Of a DNA stretch of 64,000 nt, positions 44,225 to 52,716 are shown piece by piece (position 1 is the stretch's first letter; every line of letters starts with the position of its first letter). The stretch spans positions 1 through 64,000 of the forward strand of contig JBFRWD010000110.1 of assembly GCA_051439425.1 (NCBI GenBank). The letters run 5' to 3'. The notes beneath the pieces are model-generated. The model saw nothing but the letters and a program-made list of their open reading frames with translations, did no database searches and was not told where the DNA came from. The position numbers were made by a program, and so were the translations under genes. Source of the DNA: Synechococcus sp. (lineage in GTDB: Bacteria > Cyanobacteriota > Cyanobacteriia > Thermostichales > PCC-7336).

Positions 44225-44259
44225 TTCGTCCTTGGCCCTTCGTCATTTGTCATTTGTTT
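44225..44259. repeat. degenerate heptamer tandem repeat (STRR-like)
   Basis: TTCGTCC TTGGCCC TTCGTCA TTTGTCA TTTGTTT. Confidence 0.45.
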
Positions 44260-44532
44260 TAGCGATCGGTGTTGTGGGGGTTGACTACCTGAGGAACTGG
44301 GGCTGTGGGCTGGAGGCGAGCTTGGGAACAATAAGGGGGGACAGCACGCTCGCAATGCGACTGGCCCAGCAGGAGGAATGATGTCGTCTCTAACGTCCCA
44401 ACAAAAGTCACTACTTTTGGGACTGCTTTGTATTGCGGTTGGATTATTCCCGCTTGCTCATGCCTTCGAGCTCCTTTGGAACAAGCGAAACCAGATAAAT
44501 TGAGAATTGAGTTCAGAATTTGGGCAACTAAC

Positions 44533-45564
44533 TTACTGGGTCTGAAAAATATTTTGCACCATTTGTCTGGGCGATTGTGCTGCTGCGTTTTCCAATTCCT
44601 CGACTTCTGCAGTGGTCAATTGCCACCCCATAGCATCAATATTTGCTTTAGCCTGTTGCAACGTTTTTGCCCCTGGAATTGGAATGGCTCCTTTGGCCAT
44701 ACACCAATTAATTGCGACTTGTGCCATCGATTTGCCCCGGACTGTCGCAACGTCCTGCAAGCAGTTCAGCAGTGGCTGAATCCCTGGCAAAATCTGCCGA
44801 AAGACAAATCCTCTCAAGCCAGATGGTAGCTTTCCTCCAACTGCGTACTTACCCGTTAATAAGCCCAGTGCAAGCGGGCTGTAGGCAATCAAGCGAATCC
44901 CCAATTCGTCGCAAACGGATTTAATGCCCAACTCGGTTTCGGGATATCGAGATAGCAGTGAGTACTGCACCTGCAGCGACACAATAGAAATGCCGCGATC
45001 GCGCAGTATCCGGTGTGCCTGTCTCAACATCTTCGGCCCGTAATTCGACAGGCCAATCCCTTTCACCAAGCCGAGATCGCACAAATCCCCCAGCCCGTTG
45101 AGGAGCGGCTGCTCCTGCCAAGGGGCATAGTTTGACGGCGACCAATGCATCTGAGCCAAATCGACAGGGCGTTGCAATCGTCGAGCAGAACCCTTGCATG
45201 CCCGCACCATTGACGACCGTGTTAGCCGCCACGGGTAGGCTGCCAGCTTTGTGGCAATACAGATGCGATCGCTATTCGGTCCCTCATACTCTGCTGCAAA
45301 CTGCCCCAACAATTGCTCGCTGCGCCCATTCAAGCGTCCGGTGCCGTAAGAGTCCCCCGTATCAAACAGCGTGACCCCCCGCTCCACACACAGGTTAAAC
45401 ACCTGCTGAAGTTCACTATCCATGTCAGAACTGTATCCCCACAGCAAACGATTCCCCCAAGCCCAAGTGCCGCAACCCATGGGTGGTAGCTGCAACTTTG
45501 ATGATGGCTGGTAGGGAAAATTACGATCGCTCAATTGCGTGGATTCAGGTACGTAGTGGGCCAA
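44533..45564 (-). CDS. aldo/keto reductase
   Basis: GCGTWAWG, FDTGDSYG, IATK, IGLSNY, QVQYSLL, AYSPLALG, IPGAK; start uncertain. Confidence 0.92.
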   Translation of the reverse strand: MAHYVPESTQLSDRNFPYQPSSKLQLPPMGCGTWAWGNRLLWGYSSDMDSELQQVFNLCVERGVTLFDTGDSYGTGRLNGRSEQLLGQFAAEYEGPNSDRICIATKLAAYPWRLTRSSMVRACKGSARRLQRPVDLAQMHWSPSNYAPWQEQPLLNGLGDLCDLGLVKGIGLSNYGPKMLRQAHRILRDRGISIVSLQVQYSLLSRYPETELGIKSVCDELGIRLIAYSPLALGLLTGKYAVGGKLPSGLRGFVFRQILPGIQPLLNCLQDVATVRGKSMAQVAINWCMAKGAIPIPGAKTLQQAKANIDAMGWQLTTAEVEELENAAAQSPRQMVQNIFQTQ

Positions 45565-45967
45565 TCGTCAGCAGGGATAGAGGGCACGAAGTTCTTTCAG
45601 TGGATGCCGAAAAGTCCGCCCCCAAACCGCCTTGCCCCTTTCGAATTGCAAGGCAGCGTTACCGTATAGCGAAATAGCCCTGCAAACCAGGTTAAGTTGG
45701 AGAGAGATGCACAAGCAATAGCGAAGTGCTTAAAGATAGTCTTGTGTCGTGTCAACGCAGCAAGGCGGTTGCCCTCCGGTCTTGCCAAAATTCAAATGAT
45801 TCAATTTTCGATGGTTTGCAGGCTTTTGCCCGCAGCTCTCCAGCGGCTTTGAGCCAGTAATTGTTAACACTAGCAATCCCACTCCTGTGAGCGATTGGAC
45901 GCTAACCGTTCGAACCCGCAAAACACTATCCCCTGTTTCACCTCTCGGCCCTTACAGCCTCCGTCAG

Positions 45968-46297
45968 ATGGCCAACTTAGATAGCAGTCAACCTACCACG
46001 ACTGACCCACCCCCAGAACAGACACAACATCTCATTCGAGCGATCGCCAATCGTCTACGACAGACAGAAAACCACCGGCGCGATCGCTTGATTCGATATG
46101 CCAGACTGCGCACGCGAATCAAAGGCCCCGCCGCTGCCAGCGCATTTCCCTCGAAATCAGCAGCCGGCACCCAACAGTGCTGCACAAACTGCCAGTATTT
46201 TGCCGATATTCCTCAGATGGTCTGCGCCCTCCATCCCGAAGGGCCATCAGATCTCGGTTGTTCTGACTGTATTCCTCACTCCGAAGTGCATATTTGA
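45968..46297 (+). CDS. small Cys-rich protein, DUF6464-like C-terminal motif
   Basis: CTNCQYF......CALHPEGP....CSDC. Confidence 0.55.
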   Translation: MANLDSSQPTTTDPPPEQTQHLIRAIANRLRQTENHRRDRLIRYARLRTRIKGPAAASAFPSKSAAGTQQCCTNCQYFADIPQMVCALHPEGPSDLGCSDCIPHSEVHI

Positions 46298-46309
46298 GAA
46301 GCGAGAATA

Positions 46310-46376
46310 GTATCCACCGTTACTTTTTCGGACGATTAGGCTTGACAACGACGGGGCAAACGGTAACAATGAATAC
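46310..46376 (+). promoter_or_regulatory. promoter with two NtcA-type GTA-N8-TAC boxes
   Basis: GTATCCACCGTTAC (46310-46323), TTGACA (46342-46347), GTAACAATGAATAC (46363-46376) overlapping the -10 region. Confidence 0.65.
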
Positions 46377-46384
46377 AGAAATCA

Positions 46385-46462
46385 ATCGTTCATCTTCTCG
46401 GGTTAAGTTTTTCTCCCGGTTGAGAAGACGGAAGTAGGGAGTCTCTCCCGAAGGAACGCGCC
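46385..46462 (+). ncRNA. glutamine riboswitch class I (glnA RNA motif)
   Basis: ATCGTTCATC-[P2 hairpin]-GACGGAAGTAG-[GGAG tct CTCC]-CGAAGGAACGCGCC, matching the motif's P1, E-loop and junction nucleotides. Confidence 0.88.
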
Positions 46463-46527
46463 TCTCGTGACGTCCTTACACCCGTCACACATTAACGAAA
46501 CAACTCGTATAAATTGAGGCGAAGCAT

Positions 46528-46695
46528 ATGGATATTCTCTATCGCGGTCACCACATTGATTATCAACCTCCTCAGGTTAATTCCACTGCAGAGGTTCTAA
46601 CTGGTAAGTTCCGCGGACACAATTTCCGCGTCCGCAAGCAGGCACGTATCGATCTAGCCGTATCTCCCTACAAAATGAAGTATCGCGGTCACTAG
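46528..46695 (+). CDS. DUF4278 family microprotein (55 aa), absent from ORF track
   Basis: MDILYRGHHIDYQPPQVNSTAEVLTGKFRGHNFRVRKQARIDLAVSPYKMKYRGH; three [YF]RG repeats; GAGG RBS. Confidence 0.85.
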   Translation: MDILYRGHHIDYQPPQVNSTAEVLTGKFRGHNFRVRKQARIDLAVSPYKMKYRGH

Positions 46696-46720
46696 ATCCA
46701 CAACTTATCCTTTCTTGCGT

Positions 46721-46750
46721 GGGGCAGCTTAATTGGCTGTCCCCTTTTTT
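46721..46750 (+). terminator. rho-independent terminator of DUF4278 transcript
   Basis: GGGGCAGC-TTAATTG-GCTGTCCC followed by T-run. Confidence 0.75.
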
Positions 46751-46791
46751 ATGTCTTCGGACTATTAAACCGGATCGAACATCCGTTTGGG

Positions 46792-47469
46792 TTACTCGAT
46801 TGCCTCGATATTGCCGGCCTTAATCCACCCCTCTAGCCCGTTAAAGTCACGACGAATTCGCTGCCAACTACCGTCACCACTAGAGTCCAAGATCGTGACG
46901 GTTTCATTAAACGCTAGCCCCCCCAAATAAGCAGCTTCAACGCTGGGATCGGCTCGAATGGCCAAACCTATAGGCTCGATGACTCGACCCCTAGCGATAG
47001 TATTTGCCACAGGTTCGGATTCGATTGGAGCGTCTAGAGTGGTGTCGTTGGTTGAAGGATCGGGCACGATCGCCTCAGTACTCTCCACCGCTTCAGAACT
47101 CGCAGTCGCATTTGAATCAACTGCGTCTTCCGTACCTTCGACTTCTTCTACCGAGCTAGCAGCTACATCGGTCTGCGGGTTTTCCGACTCGATACCGGCC
47201 TCCGACTCAAAGTTGTCGTCAGATGCGGAGGACGAAGAACCGATGGGAGCTTCTGCCAAAAAGGGAGGGGGAGGGGGAGTCCTAAACATGGGGTGGATCC
47301 AGCGATTGATTTGGATGTAAATCCCGGCTCCGACTCCGATCACCAAGCCCCAAATGGTGAGGGAAACCCAAGGCACTTGGCGGCGAGGTGCAGGAGGAGG
47401 CGCCGTTCGGCGCCGAGTAGCCGCAGGACGCTGGCGGGGGATAGGTCTGGGACGAGGGGGCTGATTCAT
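46792..47469 (-). CDS. membrane-anchored protein with C-terminal bacterial SH3 domain
   Basis: basic/Pro N-terminus, TM, acidic linker, GLAIRADPS...W......EGWIKAGN. Confidence 0.8.
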   Translation of the reverse strand: MNQPPRPRPIPRQRPAATRRRTAPPPAPRRQVPWVSLTIWGLVIGVGAGIYIQINRWIHPMFRTPPPPPFLAEAPIGSSSSASDDNFESEAGIESENPQTDVAASSVEEVEGTEDAVDSNATASSEAVESTEAIVPDPSTNDTTLDAPIESEPVANTIARGRVIEPIGLAIRADPSVEAAYLGGLAFNETVTILDSSGDGSWQRIRRDFNGLEGWIKAGNIEAIE

Positions 47470-47849
47470 AGCGTCTTGAGAAGGGTTGTTCCTGATGCGT
47501 GGCAGGAAACCCCACAGTTAGTAATTAGAGGATTTGTCGGTGTGGGAATAGGGGCGCAACACTAGCGGGGATCGAACAACAGTTGATGGTGTTTGTCAGA
47601 AGCTATTGTACGTACTGAGTCAAACACAGCAAATTCCGAACAGCACAGACTATCCGTTGTGAAAATCATTAACCCCAATCCGTCATCGATCGATCGGGCA
47701 CCAGTAGGCCAAGGGCAAGGCCGATCTGTTCGATCCGTGTCTGGCAAGAGTTGGCGTTGTCTTAACCCCCTTGACCTTACCGGGTATTCAGCTCCAATTA
47801 GCGCAGGTCCAATTAGCACAGGCCCAGCTAGCCATGCAGGCGGCTCTAG

Positions 47850-48983
47850 ATGAACGACACTCATTCCACCACACAAATGGCTGGTCGCAAGCACGGCGGT
47901 AACCTACAAGCGGCTGCCGCGATCGCCAATTGCGCCCCTGAAGACATCCTGGACTTTTCCGCTAGTATCAATCCCCTCGGTCCCCCCCAGTCGGTGTGGA
48001 CGGCGATCGCTGATGCGCGTGATGCTGTCATTCGCTATCCCGATCCCGATTGCGTGCGACTGAGGCAGACTCTTTCCCATCACTATGGCGTCAACACCGA
48101 TTGGATCGTTCCCGGAAACGGGGCTGCCGAGTTATTCACGTGGGCAGCCCGGAGCTGTGCCCGATTAGGCACTACCCTCATTCCACAACCAGCATTTTCC
48201 GATTACGCTCGCGCACTGGATGCGATTAATGCTTCGTGGGAAGGACTATCCTGCTGGATCGAGCCCACTGGCAAGGTTGCAGATTTAGGTGTAGCGATCC
48301 GCGATCGCCTCTCCAAGCCCGATCCACCCAGCTGTTTAATTCTGACCAACCCCCACAATCCCACCGGTCACTTGTGGACGATCGCCGAATTAGAACACAT
48401 CGTTCCGCACTTTCAATTAGTGGTTCTGGACGAAGCGTTTATGGAGTTTGTTCAACCCAGCCAGTCGTTGCTGGCTTGGATCGAGCGCTATCCCCAACTT
48501 GTCATTGTGCGATCGCTGACCAAGTTCTACGCAATCCCCGGACTACGGATTGGTTTTGCCGTGACCCACCCAGACCGAGGGCAACAATGGCAGCGGTGGC
48601 GCGATCCGTGGTCGGTGAATGGGCTAGCAATAGAGGCAGCCGCCGCTGCACTGCAGGACAGTGCCTTTCAGCAGCGAACCCTAGAGTGGTTACCACCAGC
48701 TCGACAACAACTCCGCCAGCAAATCAACAACATAGAAGGGTGTTGGGCAAAAGAGAGTAACACGAATTTCCTGTTAGTCAAAACAACTCTGTCGGCCAGT
48801 CAACTACAGGAAAAGCTGTTAAAAAAGCATCGCATCTTAATTCGAGACTGCTTGAGTTTTCGCCATCTTGGGGATCGATATTTTAGAGCGGCTATTCGCA
48901 CTACCATTGAGAATATAAAACTTGTGCGATCGTTACATCTGGAGACATCCCCTTCGTCCGGACAAGCAACCATTTCTGAGTGA
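47850..48983 (+). CDS. cobD: L-threonine-O-3-phosphate decarboxylase (cobalamin synthesis)
   Basis: HGGN, DFSASINPLG, YPDP, NPHNPTG, DEAF, RSLTKFYAIPGLRIG. Confidence 0.9.
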   Translation: MNDTHSTTQMAGRKHGGNLQAAAAIANCAPEDILDFSASINPLGPPQSVWTAIADARDAVIRYPDPDCVRLRQTLSHHYGVNTDWIVPGNGAAELFTWAARSCARLGTTLIPQPAFSDYARALDAINASWEGLSCWIEPTGKVADLGVAIRDRLSKPDPPSCLILTNPHNPTGHLWTIAELEHIVPHFQLVVLDEAFMEFVQPSQSLLAWIERYPQLVIVRSLTKFYAIPGLRIGFAVTHPDRGQQWQRWRDPWSVNGLAIEAAAAALQDSAFQQRTLEWLPPARQQLRQQINNIEGCWAKESNTNFLLVKTTLSASQLQEKLLKKHRILIRDCLSFRHLGDRYFRAAIRTTIENIKLVRSLHLETSPSSGQATISE

Positions 48984-49084
48984 GCGTCTGGAGCCAGCCC
49001 AACCACACCAATACCCGCGCTGTATCAAATGAAATGCGCTAACTCGGTGGTACGATTTCATCGGAAGAGAATCGGAGAATCAAC

Positions 49085-49774
49085 ATGACCGCTACTGTGA
49101 TGGTCGTTGATGACGAATCGTTGATTCGTGAAACCGTAGCTTTAGCACTGGACGAGCAGGGATATGACGTTGTAGAGGCTAGCGATGGCCGACAAGCTTT
49201 GGATTTGGTGCATCAGGGACGTCAAGTAGACTTGGTGATTCTAGATTTGATGCTGCCTAGTTTGAACGGACTGGATGTCTGCCGCTTGTTGAGGAACGAA
49301 GGCAACGGCGTTCCGATCATCATGCTGACAGCGAAGGATACAGAAATGGATCGAGTGGTCGGCCTGGAATTAGGGGCTGACGATTACGTTACCAAGCCCT
49401 TTGGCATCCGCGAATTGGTGGCTCGCTGCCGCTCGGTGCTGCGTCGCCAACATCAGCCTGCGCAATCAAGTGCCGAGGCAGTTCTGCGATTCGGAGATGT
49501 TTGGCTGCATCCGCAGGAATGTCGCGTCAAGGTGCGTGGCACTGAAGTCAGCTTTTCCCCCAAAGAGTTCCGCATACTGGAACTGTTCATGAGACATCCA
49601 CGTCGAGTGTGGTCACGCGAGCAGTTACTGGAGAAGATTTGGGGGCCAGATTTTATTGGTGATAGCAAGACCGTTGACGTTCACATCCGTTGGCTGCGGG
49701 AAAAGTTAGAGATTGACCCCAGTTCTCCCGAATATCTCGTAACAGTACGGGGATTTGGATACCGATTTGGGTAA
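49085..49774 (+). CDS. OmpR/PhoB-family response regulator, SphR-like
   Basis: LDLMLP, GLELGADDY.TKPF, DSKTVDVHIRWLREKLE, TVRGFGYRFG. Confidence 0.88.
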   Translation: MTATVMVVDDESLIRETVALALDEQGYDVVEASDGRQALDLVHQGRQVDLVILDLMLPSLNGLDVCRLLRNEGNGVPIIMLTAKDTEMDRVVGLELGADDYVTKPFGIRELVARCRSVLRRQHQPAQSSAEAVLRFGDVWLHPQECRVKVRGTEVSFSPKEFRILELFMRHPRRVWSREQLLEKIWGPDFIGDSKTVDVHIRWLREKLEIDPSSPEYLVTVRGFGYRFG

Positions 49775-50128
49775 GAGCTTAGTTAGTTGGCGATCGCCAT
49801 ATCCGAAAAAGCTTCCCCTTCCATCACCGTGAATCAGTGCCAACTGGAATATCCAATCAAGAGAAAAATAGGACGATCGCTGCATTTGGCCTCTGCCAAC
49901 GTATCGGGAGTCCACGGCCACCAATCAAACGCAAATCGACACGGGAAACACCCTTGACCGCGATCTCAGAATTATCAGCACAAGAGTGAAATGCAATCGT
50001 CAAATATAGGCTTGGGCCTATTCTTCAACAGGAATTCTAAGGAAAACACCTCTGGCTCTGACTCGTAGGTAGCTTTTGTTATAAGCTGATCCAGATATTA
50101 CGGGCCGTTTACCTAGGGGAAATCCACG

Positions 50129-51154
50129 ATGCGTATGAAGCTAGCGCTATCTTGCCTTGCTGCCCTTTCTGCCTCGTTCGCCCTTAACAGCGCGCTCGTC
50201 CCGACTCTTCCCGGCACATCGTCTAATGGCCGTTATGGCGGAATCGCATACGCTCAATCGACAACCACCGAGCGTTTGAGAGTCGCAGTATTGGATTTCG
50301 ACTTTAGCCCTACCAATTCTTCCTCATTATGGGCCGGTGGAGCCAGAGGAGTGAACGAGCTGCTCGTCAATAAATTGGTTCAGGATGGCACTTATTCTGT
50401 TATCGAGCGCAGCCGCATCAATGCCATTCTGGCCGAGCAAGATTTAGGTGCTAGTGGACGTGTCGATGCCAGTACCGCAGCCGAAATCGGTCGCATCTTG
50501 GGAGTTGAGGCCGTAATATTTGGCACCGTGACCGAGTTTGCGGTCGATCGCCAGTCCTCCAGTGGGTCAGTTGGCTTTTTTGGCGTGACGGCTGGCACGG
50601 ATTCAGAAAAGGCCAACGTTCGCCTTAATGCCCGCATGGTCAGCACCAATACGGCAGAAATTTTAGCGGTAGCAGAAGGGACAGGAGCCGCCGACCAGTC
50701 CGACACCAGCGTCTTTATTTTGGGCACTGGCGGAGGGTCCTCCACCGATAACACCGAACGTCTATTGAGTGCAGCGTCCGAGCAGGCGATCGATCAAGTG
50801 GTTGTCGAACTGGTTGGAGCCTCAGACAGCCTGGCTGCATTACCCGCTGCCCTCCCTGATGTGGAAGCGATTGTGGCCGATGTGTTTGGCAGCGAAGTGG
50901 TCTTCAATAAGGGAGCCAGTGATGGGTTGCAAGAAGGAATGGTGCTGACGGTTGAAACCGTTGTAAGGGAAGTAACCGACCCCCAAACCGGAGATGTCAT
51001 TCGCCGCGTCACTCAACCCTCTGGCCGAGTAGAACTGACAGACGTTGACGCAGGCTCTAGCCTGGGCCGCATTATGTCTGGCTCGATGGAAGTGGGGGAT
51101 GTGGCCACTGTTTCTGATGAAGAAGCGCCCCCTAATCTACTTGACCTCCAATAA
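50129..51154 (+). CDS. CsgG/HfaB family exported protein
   Basis: signal peptide, RVAVLDFD, VIERSRI..IL.EQ, AAEIGRILGV, C-terminal DPQTG domain. Confidence 0.85.
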   Translation: MRMKLALSCLAALSASFALNSALVPTLPGTSSNGRYGGIAYAQSTTTERLRVAVLDFDFSPTNSSSLWAGGARGVNELLVNKLVQDGTYSVIERSRINAILAEQDLGASGRVDASTAAEIGRILGVEAVIFGTVTEFAVDRQSSSGSVGFFGVTAGTDSEKANVRLNARMVSTNTAEILAVAEGTGAADQSDTSVFILGTGGGSSTDNTERLLSAASEQAIDQVVVELVGASDSLAALPAALPDVEAIVADVFGSEVVFNKGASDGLQEGMVLTVETVVREVTDPQTGDVIRRVTQPSGRVELTDVDAGSSLGRIMSGSMEVGDVATVSDEEAPPNLLDLQ

Positions 51155-51370
51155 ACAGGGCACCTAGCAACCGAGAAGCACACAATTGAACGGATGTCTT
51201 GCAAGAGGGTCGAGACAATTGGCTTTCCTACATTGGAACAGAATCGACCCCCTCAGAATAGTGTTTGGGAGTAGAGTCCTTAGAGTTGAGGGAACCCCAG
51301 TAGCTCTTGACTCCCACGGGCTCCGCACAATTCGCTACAGTATAGACCCAGCCTCTTTCTGCGATCGCCC

Positions 51371-52336
51371 GTGTTTGCTTCCACTCTCAAGCCTTCAACA
51401 AAACCTGCTATTCCTAGCGATCTGAACTCCGCGATCCTCGACCTCAAGCAGGAACTCAATGCTGTCATTTTGGCTCACTACTACCAGGAGCCAGAGATAC
51501 AGGATATCGCTGACTACATCGGCGATTCGCTAGGGTTATCTCGCCAAGCAGCCAATACGGATGCCGAGGTGATTGTATTCGCTGGGGTTCATTTCATGGC
51601 AGAGACGGCAAAAATCCTCAATCCCGATAAGCAAGTCCTCTTACCCGATTTAGAGGCTGGCTGTTCCCTCGCCGATAGTTGTCCCCCAAACGAATTCGCA
51701 GCCTTCAAAGCTGCCCACCCCGATCATATTGTTATTTCCTACATCAACTGCACGGCGGACATTAAAGCACTCAGCGACATCATTTGCACCAGCTCGAATG
51801 CAGTCAATATTGTTCGACAGATTCCTACCGAGCAACCCATTATTTTTGCCCCCGATCGCAACTTAGGTCGATATGTGGCCGAGCAGACAGGGCGAGATTT
51901 AGTGTTGTGGGATGGCAGTTGCATCGTTCACGAAACGTTCTCCGAAAAGAAAATCATTGAACTCAAACTGGAGCATCCGCAAGCGGAGACTCTTGCCCAT
52001 CCTGAATGCGAGACACCTGTCCTACAGCTAGCAAACTTTATCGGTTCCACCACCGCATTGCTCAATTATTGCCAGACAAGCGATGCTCCAGAATTCATCG
52101 TGGCAACCGAGCCCGGTATCATCCATCAAATGGAGAAAACCGTTCCCAACAAACGATTTATCCCAGCACCTCCCCAAAACGAAACCTGTGCCTGTAATGA
52201 ATGTCCGTTCATGCGTCTGAATACGCTTGAGAAGCTCTATTTATGCATGAAAAACCGTACTCCCGAAGTAGACGTGCCCGAGCCCACCCGCCAGAAAGCA
52301 TTAATTCCCATCCAGCGAATGCTCGACATGAGTTGA
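51371..52336 (+). CDS. nadA: quinolinate synthase
   Basis: [38 protein letters not shown]. Confidence 0.97.
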   Translation: MFASTLKPSTKPAIPSDLNSAILDLKQELNAVILAHYYQEPEIQDIADYIGDSLGLSRQAANTDAEVIVFAGVHFMAETAKILNPDKQVLLPDLEAGCSLADSCPPNEFAAFKAAHPDHIVISYINCTADIKALSDIICTSSNAVNIVRQIPTEQPIIFAPDRNLGRYVAEQTGRDLVLWDGSCIVHETFSEKKIIELKLEHPQAETLAHPECETPVLQLANFIGSTTALLNYCQTSDAPEFIVATEPGIIHQMEKTVPNKRFIPAPPQNETCACNECPFMRLNTLEKLYLCMKNRTPEVDVPEPTRQKALIPIQRMLDMS

Positions 52337-52716
52337 GGCAGGAAACTTCACGCGATAGAAAACGAGACAGACACCTAAAGACCTTTAGAAATCTTGACAT
52401 TCAGTCAATCATGAATGTTCTGCACAACTAATCTACATAGCCCCTGGCTTCTAATTAGTTGACAGCATACTATTTGTTGTAGGGAAATTACACTCCTCTC
52501 TCTGTACTTGTCCTAGATCGCCAATTTCTATAACCAAGCCAAGTATGCTTGGCGCTAATTGACGCCACCTTTTCTGGGAACTTGCAACGTTGTTGACGTC
52601 GCAAACACCACTGATTCCCTGTATTAATAGCTTCACCAGAATTCAGGAATTTTCTCTATGACACCGGTGCAAGCTCTGAACAGTTTCGATTGGCAGTACG
52701 AGATCAAATCTTGTCG

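Noticed and set aside
47470..47850. Possible cobalamin riboswitch or small ORFs upstream of cobD
   Set aside because: B12-box and other conserved riboswitch motifs not found; track ORFs here look like non-coding translations.
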